From: Calditrichaceae bacterium
Lineage (GTDB): Bacteria > Calditrichota > Calditrichia > Calditrichales > JBFXGD01
DNA length: 64,000 bases
Direction: 5' to 3'
NCBI GenBank assembly: GCA_050173015.1
Contig: JBFXLE010000012.1
Location: forward strand, 32,001 to 96,000
Positions 41,003 through 50,954 of this stretch are shown one piece after another. The stretch's first letter is position 1. Every line of letters starts with the position of its first letter. A program made the position numbers and the translations under genes. Under the pieces are notes generated by a model. It saw only the letters and a list, made by a program, of their open reading frames with translations, did not search any database and had not been told where the DNA came from.

Positions 41003-41806
41003 CTATTTATTACTATTTAGCATTGGGCTATAGATATCGGTTTTAGAAATTTTTGCTAAAACAAAAAATAATTGATTGTTAAAATCGGGATATCGTTGGA
41101 CGATGGAAATATTCCGAACCAGAAACAATAATTTTAATATGGTAATTCCTTCGATTCCTTCTAAATGTCCGGAGTTATCAGAACTTAGACTATAATATTT
41201 GACGTTATGCACTTCTACCGCGACATTTGTTAAGATGTTAAAAACAGCCTGCTCTTCCGCGGTTTTCCAACCGTCATTTTCATTTCCGGTTGTGGTGAAT
41301 TTTCCGACACCGTAATAGTACAGATCATCATCAAAGAACGAAGATTCCACCCAATCCGGTTTTGTCAGGGTATCTACATCAATAACCGGGAATGGTTCTT
41401 TTGGGACTACAGCGAATGAATCGAGTTCAAATGCGGCAATATAGTCACCGAAAATCACATTAATGTCAAAATGATCGACTTCAGTTAATAGATCATATGT
41501 TTTGTCAGCTGAATCCGGTGAAAAATAATAGAAATAATCACTGTTCTGAAGCAGATCTTTCTCTGATGATGTATCGAAAACTTCGTATGTCCCTTTGACA
41601 ATGCATTCCTTGTACACATTATAAACAGAGGCGGCGTCCTCTTTTGCTGTAAGTCCCCGGTAGCTGTACCCGGTAATAATATTTGCATATTTTCGCGGGT
41701 AAAGAAACCACTCCGGATATGAGTTTGCCGCCATGCCGGTGTTCATGGAAATCACAATCAAAAATATAATCACTGAACGCGTAATCAAGTTAAGAAATAG
41801 TGTCAT
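41003..41806 (-). CDS. Exported protein with LPP20-like domain
   Basis: KPDWV, YYYGVG, AEEQA pattern; signal peptide. Confidence 0.55.
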   Translation of the reverse strand: MTLFLNLITRSVIIFLIVISMNTGMAANSYPEWFLYPRKYANIITGYSYRGLTAKEDAASVYNVYKECIVKGTYEVFDTSSEKDLLQNSDYFYYFSPDSADKTYDLLTEVDHFDINVIFGDYIAAFELDSFAVVPKEPFPVIDVDTLTKPDWVESSFFDDDLYYYGVGKFTTTGNENDGWKTAEEQAVFNILTNVAVEVHNVKYYSLSSDNSGHLEGIEGITILKLLFLVRNISIVQRYPDFNNQLFFVLAKISKTDIYSPMLNSNK

Positions 41807-41831
41807 CCGGATATTTTATCCTGAAAAGAAG

Positions 41832-41862
41832 ATAGCGGAACAGCAGTTGACCGTTCCGCTAT
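41832..41862 (-). terminator. Intra-operon stem-loop/terminator after the 198 aa lipoprotein gene
   Basis: ATAGCGGAAC...GTTCCGCTAT hairpin followed by CTTCTTTT on the minus strand. Confidence 0.55.
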
Positions 41863-41872
41863 AAATATAAGG

Positions 41873-42469
41873 CTAATTGTTTTGCTGTTTCTCGTATTCT
41901 TCCATTTCCTTTTTTAATTCTTCATATGCCTGGGAAGCGCGAAATCTCTCATAAAGTTTATTGTCATTTTTCTTTAATTCATCAAGGATTGAAAGATTCA
42001 CATTATTAGGTTCAATCGCAACCACAGCGGCGCAGGTGATGACATCAGAATCTTTTTTCTTCATATACTTCACTTTTTTTGTGATAGCTCCTCTTAACAT
42101 CTGGCTGGATCGTGTTTTAATGACAGAGGTAAAAGCTTCATTGATTTCAGTGTCGTCATTACTACCGATTTCTTCCTGAAATTTTTTGTTAAGTTGCTGA
42201 ACCTGCTCTTCAAAAATTGACGCGAGCTGTGCTTTTGCTTCTGTCACGGCTTTCTTCTCCGCCAAATCGCGGCGTTCAGATATTCCCTGAGCCAACGCCG
42301 CCACTCCGCCTGCCTGAATAATGTCATTAGACAAAGTTCTTAAATCCTGAAACGGATCTTCAAGGACTTCATATCCTTCAGATACAGCCGCCATTTTTTT
42401 TCCGCCGCCGCAAGAAGCTAAAAATCCGAGTGTCAAAAGACTTAGAAGAACAAAAATGAATTTCCTCAT
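41873..42469 (-). CDS. LPP20-like lipoprotein
   Basis: Lipobox LASC; G.S....A..KA..EA.AQLA pattern. Confidence 0.65.
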   Translation of the reverse strand: MRKFIFVLLSLLTLGFLASCGGGKKMAAVSEGYEVLEDPFQDLRTLSNDIIQAGGVAALAQGISERRDLAEKKAVTEAKAQLASIFEEQVQQLNKKFQEEIGSNDDTEINEAFTSVIKTRSSQMLRGAITKKVKYMKKKDSDVITCAAVVAIEPNNVNLSILDELKKNDNKLYERFRASQAYEELKKEMEEYEKQQNN

Positions 42470-42572
42470 GATACTTCTCCTGTGATTGATTGAACAATAT
42501 AGGTATTAACTAAAATCTTAACCTTTTAAATTTATTTCCTTAACCTAAACAATATTCCTTCTTTAAGAAATT

Positions 42573-43616
42573 TTAGATTGAACGGATATATTCCATAAAT
42601 TGTTTAAAAAATTGCTGATCAAGCTCTTTTTTCAGGGTAGTCATCATTTTTTCATAGGCCTGATCTTTGGAAATACCCATGGTACGATTCGCATAGTTGA
42701 ATGTTTTTAGAGTGAACTGATTAATATTGTCTTTAACATCCAACTCCAGCCGCCAGTTGTTGCCGCTTACATCGTTCCTTCCCAAATTGGCCGGAGAAAA
42801 AATAAAACGGTAAATAATATCAAAATCAGCGGCTTGATTCTCAACGATTTTAAATCCGATTTTTCCGACAATCTCCTTAATATAAGGGGCGGCTTTCTCG
42901 CTCTGCGCGCCATCCGGATTTAAACGGACAGTAATCGTTGAGAGCAGTTTTACTTTTTCGTTCACTATTTGGCTTACGGGAACGGGAGACAAGATGGTTT
43001 CACCGGTCACGGAGATAATTTTGAATTGTGATAATAAGAGCTCATTCACATCCATAAGATCCGATGCTCTCATCAGATACGCGAATTTGACAAGTTTATT
43101 TTCATTTGCGGTGTATTGGGAATAGTAATCGTTTACCAGTTCATAATTTTCTTCTATTTCCTGCTGATATAATTCTTCCGTATCCAGCCGGTTCAGGTAA
43201 GCCAGAACGTAATAAAGACCTTCAGCGGATGAAAAATAGGATTTATCAATCGTAATGTTCTTGAGCGCCTGGTTGCTTTTAACATTTGTTTTGTTAATGA
43301 TCTCCGCGGTTGCGGTAACCCCCTGTTTGTTTTCATAATAATTTTGGAGTACTGTTTCGTCTACAAAAACATTTGATTGGAAAACTTTGGAGATACTTCC
43401 GATGGCGTTATTTTCTGCATTAGCGCGCGTGTCGCCGCTTCCGATTCCCACGATATATCTCGATGCGGGATATGAATTATAAGGATGATCAATCCAGTCG
43501 GGAATCATGTCATCGGTAGTAATGTTTTTATGCGCTTTCGGCGCCGCGCAGGAAGATAATATTATAAAACCGCAAAGTATGGTCAGTATCCACAAGAGTT
43601 TGAAACTATGCATCAT
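42573..43616 (-). CDS. LPP20-family lipoprotein
   Basis: Lipobox LSSC; IPDWI, YIVGIGSG, AENNA. Confidence 0.7.
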   Translation of the reverse strand: MMHSFKLLWILTILCGFIILSSCAAPKAHKNITTDDMIPDWIDHPYNSYPASRYIVGIGSGDTRANAENNAIGSISKVFQSNVFVDETVLQNYYENKQGVTATAEIINKTNVKSNQALKNITIDKSYFSSAEGLYYVLAYLNRLDTEELYQQEIEENYELVNDYYSQYTANENKLVKFAYLMRASDLMDVNELLLSQFKIISVTGETILSPVPVSQIVNEKVKLLSTITVRLNPDGAQSEKAAPYIKEIVGKIGFKIVENQAADFDIIYRFIFSPANLGRNDVSGNNWRLELDVKDNINQFTLKTFNYANRTMGISKDQAYEKMMTTLKKELDQQFFKQFMEYIRSI

Positions 43617-43624
43617 GTTGCCCT

Positions 43625-45049
43625 TTAGTTTAATGAAACCGCGTCGATCAGGTTAAAACCATTATGAACAACTGTGTATTGTTCTATCGATTTTGATTGA
43701 ATTATGGATCCATAGCTGTTTAAAAAATTAATGGTGATGTTATGAACTCCCGGATCGATATCAAATTCGCCTATATAGCATTGATTTGGCATTGTTCTCC
43801 AGCAGCGCAGATCCGCGTTCTCTGTAGCGTCCACCCCCACGTCCACCGCCGCATTCAGTAAGGTAGTAAAAAATCCGTTGGAACCGGTTTCCTTCTTGAT
43901 TTTTTCTTTTGCTTTTGCGGCAGCCAGCCCCTTTGTCACGGTCCTAAGGATAGTTTTGAAATAAATAATGTCCTTTTTTTGCTCGAAGGTATGAATAGCA
44001 ATTTTCCCCATATCTTCCAGTAGATCCAGATTGCCTAAATACACTCCGTCTGCCATGATCTCGATTCGGCTTATGGCGGACTCGGCAGGCTTGAGTACAG
44101 GCAAGGAAAATTTAAAATGAAAACCGGGCTTCATTCCGGGAAAAGCAATGTTAGGGAGGGGAATGGGAACATCCAGCTCGCTCACTCCAACAGCGTCATC
44201 ATAAGTTGTAATCAAGCCGCCCACCGGTTCTTTCGTGGGCGCGAGTCCTGTGAATGCGATAATGTTTAATGCGGACCTGTCATTTTGCTGGACATGCAGT
44301 TCATCACCGGAAGGCTCGAAATAGAATTTGTTTTTGACCGCATCGGGGATATTATGATCGTAGATATGAGTATTTTCATCCCAGGCGGTTTTTAATTTTT
44401 GCAGTGAAATTCGGCAATTATCATATTCACCATCAGCGCTGAATATCAGATAGCTGAGATAATGAGTTAAGACGTCGTCATAAAACTTATTTTTACTTGT
44501 CTGAATTTCAACCTTTGATTTTCCAGATTTATTCATATCGGTGACAAGTTTGTCGTATTTGTCGGCTAGCGCGCGCAATTTATCGTTGACTCGCTTCGTT
44601 TCCACATAAGCGTCGTCAAATTTACCTAAATTCAGATAGTTCAGGGATTTGAAGATATTGATATAAATATTCTCATAAATTTCACCGGAGTAGTCCAATA
44701 TATTATCATTCAGAAGAAGAGAACCGGCAGCTTTTGATATGCTTTTTGTAAACAGCTCTTCCATGGCCAATTCAGCTTTCTCGAAAGCATTATTACTTTT
44801 TTCGTACTCTCCGTTAAAGTACAATACCGCTCCCTTATCAAGATAATAAAGCACACGGTCCTTTTTAGAATATTTCCCTGACTTTTTGGCATTATCAATT
44901 TTCTTGACGGCGTTTTCAAAATTGCCGGTGTGCAAATCCATCATGATCGGTTCATAATGTTCCAACTGAGTCATGGTGCTCGCGCAACCGACAATTAATA
45001 AAAATGTTAGAATATAATGAAACCACTTCCTGTTGATCATGTACATCAT
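43625..45049 (-). CDS. COG3014-like helical (TPR-like) lipoprotein
   Basis: Lipobox IVGC; LYYLDKG, YSGEIYE, ADLRCWRTMP motifs. Confidence 0.75.
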   Translation of the reverse strand: MMYMINRKWFHYILTFLLIVGCASTMTQLEHYEPIMMDLHTGNFENAVKKIDNAKKSGKYSKKDRVLYYLDKGAVLYFNGEYEKSNNAFEKAELAMEELFTKSISKAAGSLLLNDNILDYSGEIYENIYINIFKSLNYLNLGKFDDAYVETKRVNDKLRALADKYDKLVTDMNKSGKSKVEIQTSKNKFYDDVLTHYLSYLIFSADGEYDNCRISLQKLKTAWDENTHIYDHNIPDAVKNKFYFEPSGDELHVQQNDRSALNIIAFTGLAPTKEPVGGLITTYDDAVGVSELDVPIPLPNIAFPGMKPGFHFKFSLPVLKPAESAISRIEIMADGVYLGNLDLLEDMGKIAIHTFEQKKDIIYFKTILRTVTKGLAAAKAKEKIKKETGSNGFFTTLLNAAVDVGVDATENADLRCWRTMPNQCYIGEFDIDPGVHNITINFLNSYGSIIQSKSIEQYTVVHNGFNLIDAVSLN

Positions 45050-45125
45050 TCCTAATCTATCTCACCTTAGCCGGATTCTGGTTAACAAAAACATCGCCGG
45101 GTGAATCATTACTTGCTTTTGCCGG

Positions 45126-45761
45126 TTACCATTTGTAACGGTTTTGTTCGATCATCTTTTTGATTTTTTTATCGCCTATCCACACTTTCAGATTCTTCTC
45201 CAGGTGAATAAGTTCCAGATTAACCTGATAATAAACGGCTTTCTGACCTTCGAAAGAATCAACAATGGTATTTATACTGCCCTGAAGCATGTAGTCGGCG
45301 CCGGTTTCATTGGCAAGTTGTTTTGCCGTTTCCAGAGATGAAAAACTTTGCTGATCGAGTCGTTCTTTCCGAATTTCTTCACGTTCTTTTTCGGATGCGA
45401 CAAAACTGATCTGTCCGGAATTGATTAATTCTTTTTCAATGTCTTTTATGAATAAATCCACCGGAATATGTTCGCTGCTTTTGTTACGAATACTTCCAAC
45501 AATAACAACGGGTTTTTCATCATTCAGATCCACATATTCGAGTAACCATGGTTTTGAAAGAAGATCACGGATCATGGCTTCCGCGGTAAGCCGGGAATCA
45601 GTATCATTCCAACGTCCGCTCAGATCCGAAGTTTGATCCGCGGAAACACGGGTAACTTTTCGTGAACTCTGGCATTGAATTAGAACCGATGATAATAAAA
45701 CTAACATGCCTAAAACCAGCATTCTTGATAAAAAACTTCCTGTCTTTAACATAACGGCCAC
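45126..45761 (-). CDS. LpoB-like (CsgG/LpoB fold) lipoprotein
   Basis: DLSGRWNDTD, IRNKSSEHI, GADYMLQGSI, YYQVNLEL..VW..IKK. Confidence 0.8.
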   Translation of the reverse strand: MAVMLKTGSFLSRMLVLGMLVLLSSVLIQCQSSRKVTRVSADQTSDLSGRWNDTDSRLTAEAMIRDLLSKPWLLEYVDLNDEKPVVIVGSIRNKSSEHIPVDLFIKDIEKELINSGQISFVASEKEREEIRKERLDQQSFSSLETAKQLANETGADYMLQGSINTIVDSFEGQKAVYYQVNLELIHLEKNLKVWIGDKKIKKMIEQNRYKW

Positions 45762-45880
45762 CTTATAATTAGTAAATAATTCTCTGAACTTTTCTCAGGA
45801 TCTACATTTTACACTACAAAAATATCAAAACAAATCCAAAAAGAATAATTTTAAAGAACGGAAAAACACGAAAATAGTTT

Positions 45881-47695
45881 CTATTTATAGATCTTAAAAT
45901 TAGCGGTTTTTATTAAAGAATCCTCATCCCATTCGTTGGGCTGCCAGGCCCTCACATAGATAAGAGGATCCTTTTCGGTGAAATCAATCAATAGAAACAG
46001 ATATCCTTCATCAGAGTAGGTGGTTGAATAATAACTCTGACGCATTTCCACTCCATAAACCCCCTCGGTACTGTTCTTCTTTATAATGTCAAATGATCCG
46101 AAGTCAAGAAATATATCTTTTTGAAGGTTAAATACTTGTTCCTGTCTTTTAAGATAATGCTTTTTTGTCAGACGTACATATTCGTAATCAGGCTGATTAG
46201 TAAATTTCTGATAATTAACCATATTATCAGGCAATTTCACCGGAGTAATTTTACGACCAACAAGGATAAGCGCTTCATCAGCGAACATCAAATCCACCGT
46301 TTCAATATCACGGGTCTGGTAAGCCGTACGATACTTTTCAACAAACTTAATAATATCCTGTCTGTTTTCCCAATCATTGCCGTATTTTGCCTGTTCGGAG
46401 AAATGCCGGTAAAGATTTTCTGAAATACTAAGATTAAAGTCGATTAAAATTCCTTTATCTGAAAAATCAAGCACTAAATATTCTGTTGATTGTTTGTTAA
46501 TACCAGGGTAATGATGAAGCATACGTATTTTACGTAATTCATATCCGGAAGAGGTTTTGAAGATCCCGCCTTCAATATTATGCGTGGCGGGTTCCGCGGA
46601 ATTGTATCTCAGATAATTGATGATCTTGTGGTTTAGAAAAGGATCATTAGAATATTTTTCATTAATCATCGACTTATCATTTTTTGAAAGAAGATCTAAA
46701 AATTCAGAAGCGGACTTCAAGATTGTCGGTTCGACAAGAATATCTTTTTCCAGGGTAAGATTCATATTCCATTTATTGGATGCGCCGGAAGTTTGGACTT
46801 GCCCAGACTTGACTTTCTGATTGAGATCGACGTTTTTTGCGGAATTAAATGTGGGCAGGTTTACCACATTCCATAGTTCACCGACCACATTATATTCCTG
46901 ACGGGATTCATAATAGGCGTATTTTATGAATAATTTTAAGGATTCAAAGTTGGTGCTGGCTCCAAGCAGTCGAAATGTCGCGATTCCGTCTCTTCCTTCA
47001 ACTGCAACCTGGCTAGTTCCGTCCCAAAAAGTGAAATCAATAAGAGATACGGCAATTCCGTTCGAAGTAATATGAAGTGTTATTTCACGCTCCATGTCAG
47101 AGATTTTTTTGTCACCGGCAAAAGTAAATTTTAAATCAAGAAGAATCCGGTTAATACGCGCGGGCAGTTCTGTCGTATAATTAATATCCTGATATACAAC
47201 GCTTTCATCAGGTAATGACTGGACAAGCAAGAGAGCATAGTAATTCAGCTTTAACGCGAATGCAGTATTATGATTTAATGCATTTAATTCGGCTTTACGC
47301 GCGATTTCAGAAATCAGTTTTTTGCGCTCTTCAAAAATCTGAAAAACTTCCTTCTTGTCAAGGTAACAAAACGTTTCTATCTCACCGTTGGCCAGGGGCT
47401 TTTTTATCGTGTTTACGTTTTGAAGTGTCGCGGCGCTGTGAGTACGTATGATGGATTTGACAGACTCATCGAGTCCGGCCGCGTTTTCAATAATTTTGCT
47501 TTCAAAAGATTTTGCTACCCTAACGGCGATTTGCTCGGTCAGTTCTTCCAACGCGCGGTCACGGGATTCTCTGGTGTCATGGGCCACTCCGGAACCGTAA
47601 TAGTAATTTCCACTATTAATAACTTGTTTTTTATCAATTTGCTGAGCAAATAGTAAAGGTGTAATCAAAAAGATACTGAAGAAAATGATCCGCAC
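45881..47695 (-). CDS. Exported protein with N-terminal LPP20-like domain
   Basis: Signal peptide; YYYGSG...RALEELTEQI; C-terminal YRTAY and DEGYLFLLIDF..P.IYVRAWQP region. Confidence 0.6.
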   Translation of the reverse strand: MRIIFFSIFLITPLLFAQQIDKKQVINSGNYYYGSGVAHDTRESRDRALEELTEQIAVRVAKSFESKIIENAAGLDESVKSIIRTHSAATLQNVNTIKKPLANGEIETFCYLDKKEVFQIFEERKKLISEIARKAELNALNHNTAFALKLNYYALLLVQSLPDESVVYQDINYTTELPARINRILLDLKFTFAGDKKISDMEREITLHITSNGIAVSLIDFTFWDGTSQVAVEGRDGIATFRLLGASTNFESLKLFIKYAYYESRQEYNVVGELWNVVNLPTFNSAKNVDLNQKVKSGQVQTSGASNKWNMNLTLEKDILVEPTILKSASEFLDLLSKNDKSMINEKYSNDPFLNHKIINYLRYNSAEPATHNIEGGIFKTSSGYELRKIRMLHHYPGINKQSTEYLVLDFSDKGILIDFNLSISENLYRHFSEQAKYGNDWENRQDIIKFVEKYRTAYQTRDIETVDLMFADEALILVGRKITPVKLPDNMVNYQKFTNQPDYEYVRLTKKHYLKRQEQVFNLQKDIFLDFGSFDIIKKNSTEGVYGVEMRQSYYSTTYSDEGYLFLLIDFTEKDPLIYVRAWQPNEWDEDSLIKTANFKIYK

Positions 47696-48027
47696 GTTCT
47701 GACTCCATTCTTGAACGAATTAACCTAAAATATATAAACCGATATCTGCTGAATGATGTAAAATTTCATTGATTTTTTAAGAAACGCCGCCTGATGCCAT
47801 AATCAATTTATATTTTATCATCTGAGTGCCTATAGACCTTAGTATCATTTGAAAGGGAAAATCAGATCAAATATAATGGATTGTAAAATTTGAATCAATC
47901 GGATTCTTTTAACCATCGATTTGATGTGAATTTTCCGAGACTAAAATTCTTTACAAAACATCTATAGATTATACGATCTAATCCCTAATTTATTTACACT
48001 TTAGGATGGGCAATCCTATATTTATCA

Positions 48028-49842
48028 TTACTTGTTCGTTACTTTTTTAGACGGCCCGCCGCCAAACAAAACACCAAATTGAAGATACGCGCTTTCCTTT
48101 ATGTCATGATCATCACGATATTGCTGATACACAGCTTTCAGGAAAAAATTATAACCTAACTGGATTCTGAGATCCGCGTAATAACCATAGGTTGTTTGTT
48201 TGATCTTATCCACCCGGTCACCATCCAGTTCATTGTAAAAATAGTTTTCTCCGATAAACGCGCCGGCAGACGGATAGAGTGTTTCCCACAATACAAATGG
48301 AGTAAATCCAAGATAACCGTTCCAGCTATAGGTAACCAGACTATCTTTTTCGACAGAGGATGTGTTCAAATTTGTTGTTTTAAATCTAAAACTGCCGCCT
48401 ATCGTAAACGGATTCAAATAAACAGAAATATCCCCGATGTAGCCGTAGTCATCAAGCGGATCAGATATTTCATCGGATTGTGTGATTTCATTCAGCATCT
48501 CAGGGGGCAATTGCCAGTAATATCCGCCGAAAGAAATGAGTAATCCGTCCGAAACATCGGAAATCCGTTCATTACCAAAGGCGGTCAGACGGAAGAAACG
48601 ATTTCTTGTTTTAACAAGTTTATAATCACATTCTTTGCCTCGTGAATCAATGGAAAAGGATTTGTTTTTTGTATCATAGCCTTCTTTTTCTATACGGATT
48701 GAAAATTTTCCGGGTTCCAGTTCCAGCTCATATATGGGAATGGCGCCCATGTAACGGTTATCAATATAAATACCGGCTCCTTCTGTTCCCTTTACTGTGA
48801 GCAGTCCATTTGGTGATGGCGAGACCTGCAGATTCAGATCGTAGTCCCCGGTAACGTCAATATTAAGTGAATCGGGACGATGACGCCGCTTACGGGCTTC
48901 AAGTTGATACCGTCCGGCCGGGACTTTTCGTTTAAGAGGTGTCGAGCCGATGTAATTGTTATCCAGATAAATTTCGGATTCAGGGACATTGCTTTCAATA
49001 ATTAAAGTACTCTCTTTACGGAGAAGATTTACCTGAATAGGTACCGATTTCTCGGGATCATCATTCGGTATTATTTCCATGGCATAAGTAAAAGGATGAT
49101 AGTAAGGTTTTTCCAGACGCAGAAAAGCCAGGCCTTCGGGAACCGCGATAGGCAAATCAGGACTGAATGGCGCTTCTTTATCATTGATGTATAAGCGCGC
49201 GTCATTTTGTAGAATAGAAATGGTGACATAGCCAAATGTTGGTGTGAGCGTCACTTCTTCGTTTACGGTTTTACCCTCCTGTATTTTTATAAATATTTCA
49301 CGACGGACATAGCCTTCTTTGGTGATGATAAATTTCCATGTCTGCGCGCTCAGATTTTCAAAACGGTGGGGACTGATCTGGTTAAGGCCGGGCATTCCGT
49401 CAATTTGTATAGTGGCGCCGGCGGGTTGGGTCTTTAAAATTAGATGCCCTTTGCGCGAATTATACTTTGAATCAGCGGAAATCTTTATCACAAATACCGC
49501 GCGGGGTGCTAACTGAATACCAGCTTCCGAAAAAATGATTTGCATTGGCTGAAAACCGGTGTGTAATATTTCCAGCACACGCTCATCCGGGGACAAATAT
49601 ATGATATCGCGTCCCGGTTGATCATCCACTTTAACTACGCCGTTATACGCGTCATAACTGAATCCATCCATGTCGGATATGATCCGGATAGCGGCGCAGA
49701 ACCGGCCGTTCTCGTCTTTGATTCCAGTCATTTCATCAGAAGACTTTTCAGCTTTGCCTACTATTTGAAGTTGAGAGAGATTTTGAGCCTGAAGAAACGC
49801 AGATACCAGTAAAATAGCCAGTAACATCCTTGTCATGAGCAT
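48028..49842 (-). CDS. PEGA-domain exported protein, possible C-terminal beta-barrel
   Basis: Repeated PxGAxIxIDG / IGSTPL / KEGY PEGA motifs; aromatic alternating C-terminal strands. Confidence 0.75.
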   Translation of the reverse strand: MLMTRMLLAILLVSAFLQAQNLSQLQIVGKAEKSSDEMTGIKDENGRFCAAIRIISDMDGFSYDAYNGVVKVDDQPGRDIIYLSPDERVLEILHTGFQPMQIIFSEAGIQLAPRAVFVIKISADSKYNSRKGHLILKTQPAGATIQIDGMPGLNQISPHRFENLSAQTWKFIITKEGYVRREIFIKIQEGKTVNEEVTLTPTFGYVTISILQNDARLYINDKEAPFSPDLPIAVPEGLAFLRLEKPYYHPFTYAMEIIPNDDPEKSVPIQVNLLRKESTLIIESNVPESEIYLDNNYIGSTPLKRKVPAGRYQLEARKRRHRPDSLNIDVTGDYDLNLQVSPSPNGLLTVKGTEGAGIYIDNRYMGAIPIYELELEPGKFSIRIEKEGYDTKNKSFSIDSRGKECDYKLVKTRNRFFRLTAFGNERISDVSDGLLISFGGYYWQLPPEMLNEITQSDEISDPLDDYGYIGDISVYLNPFTIGGSFRFKTTNLNTSSVEKDSLVTYSWNGYLGFTPFVLWETLYPSAGAFIGENYFYNELDGDRVDKIKQTTYGYYADLRIQLGYNFFLKAVYQQYRDDHDIKESAYLQFGVLFGGGPSKKVTNK

Positions 49843-50108
49843 CTTTCCTTAGAAGAAAATATGGCGGGTGTATATGATAAAATCAATTTTATTTATAGGA
49901 TCGTCAATAGATATATCCTTGAAGAAAAATATCGGCACTAAAAATAAAAACTTCACAAAAAAACAAACGATGTCACAAATTAGATCAACTTGTTTAATAA
50001 AATGACTGCTTTTTTTTCTGATGTAACGCTTATTTACGGCCCGGCGATATATGAATTTTCATTTACTTTGTCAAGAATTGGGCGGCTGTCTGCGTGCGCG
50101 AACTCTCT

Positions 50109-50669
50109 TTACATATTACCTGTGCTCATGGTATCCGGCATCATTGTTTCACAGGATTCTTTCAGATTTTTAAGCCCCTTCTCAAAATCAGGTCCCATCA
50201 TCTGATCAAGAAAAAGTCCAAAATAACGTCCGACGGGATAATCCAGTTCACCGACATTTGCCCAGACAACCTGAGTGCCGGTTCCCGCGGGTTCAAATTC
50301 CCATACATCAAAAGATTTCATTGCCTGTGGTTCAAGAAAGATTAAATCGGATTTAATGGATTTGTTTTCTTTCGCCTCCAGAATAGTCAGATGACCGGTG
50401 CCAAGGATTTTTCCTTCCCACGCCCACCTGGAGCCCACCCCTTTTCCGGGGCCTGAGATTACAGATTTGGCATCGGGATCCATCGCTGTCCAGGGATTCC
50501 ATTTTTCCCAGTTCTTAAGATCAATAACCTGACCGTAAACCACTTCGACAGGCATATCAATTTCAACGGACCGTTCAACCCGGTAATCCGAAGGTAAAAA
50601 AAGAGCGACAACCAAAAACAGAGCGATTAGTCCGGCCAGCACATAGAGTGTTACTTTTAAAATCTTCAT
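50109..50669 (-). CDS. SRPBCC (polyketide cyclase-like) family protein
   Basis: VERSVEI, WEKWNPW..MDP, MGPDFEKGLKNLK. Confidence 0.85.
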   Translation of the reverse strand: MKILKVTLYVLAGLIALFLVVALFLPSDYRVERSVEIDMPVEVVYGQVIDLKNWEKWNPWTAMDPDAKSVISGPGKGVGSRWAWEGKILGTGHLTILEAKENKSIKSDLIFLEPQAMKSFDVWEFEPAGTGTQVVWANVGELDYPVGRYFGLFLDQMMGPDFEKGLKNLKESCETMMPDTMSTGNM

Positions 50670-50824
50670 GATCCCCCCTGATTATGTTTGAATGACTGAC
50701 TTATAAACGAATAATGTACCAGTATTTATTTCGATGCTAATAAGCAAATGAGATTTGCCGGATCGTGAAACACGCATCCGGAAGAAATCGGAGATGTGAA
50801 ATGACATTTTTCCCGTCTACAATT

Positions 50825-50954
50825 CTTACTTCCTACTTCTTACTTAAGGCTAAGGCACTAATTTCCTGTTCTTACTCTTTTTTCTTTTTTCTTTTATCTT
50901 TTGTCTTAATTTCCTACTTCCTACTTCCTACTTCTTAATTCTTACTTCCTACTT
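50825..50954 (-). repeat. Heptamer tandem-repeat composite element (AAGTAGG/AAGTAAG units plus A-rich heptamers)
   Basis: 6 units at 50913-50954 and 3 units at 50825-50845, flanking AAAAAAG-type heptamers. Confidence 0.8.

Noticed and set aside
50758-50781. CCGGAT-CGTGAAACACG-C-ATCCGG hairpin as a riboswitch or terminator
   Set aside because: No recognisable aptamer consensus and no U-tract on the transcribed strand
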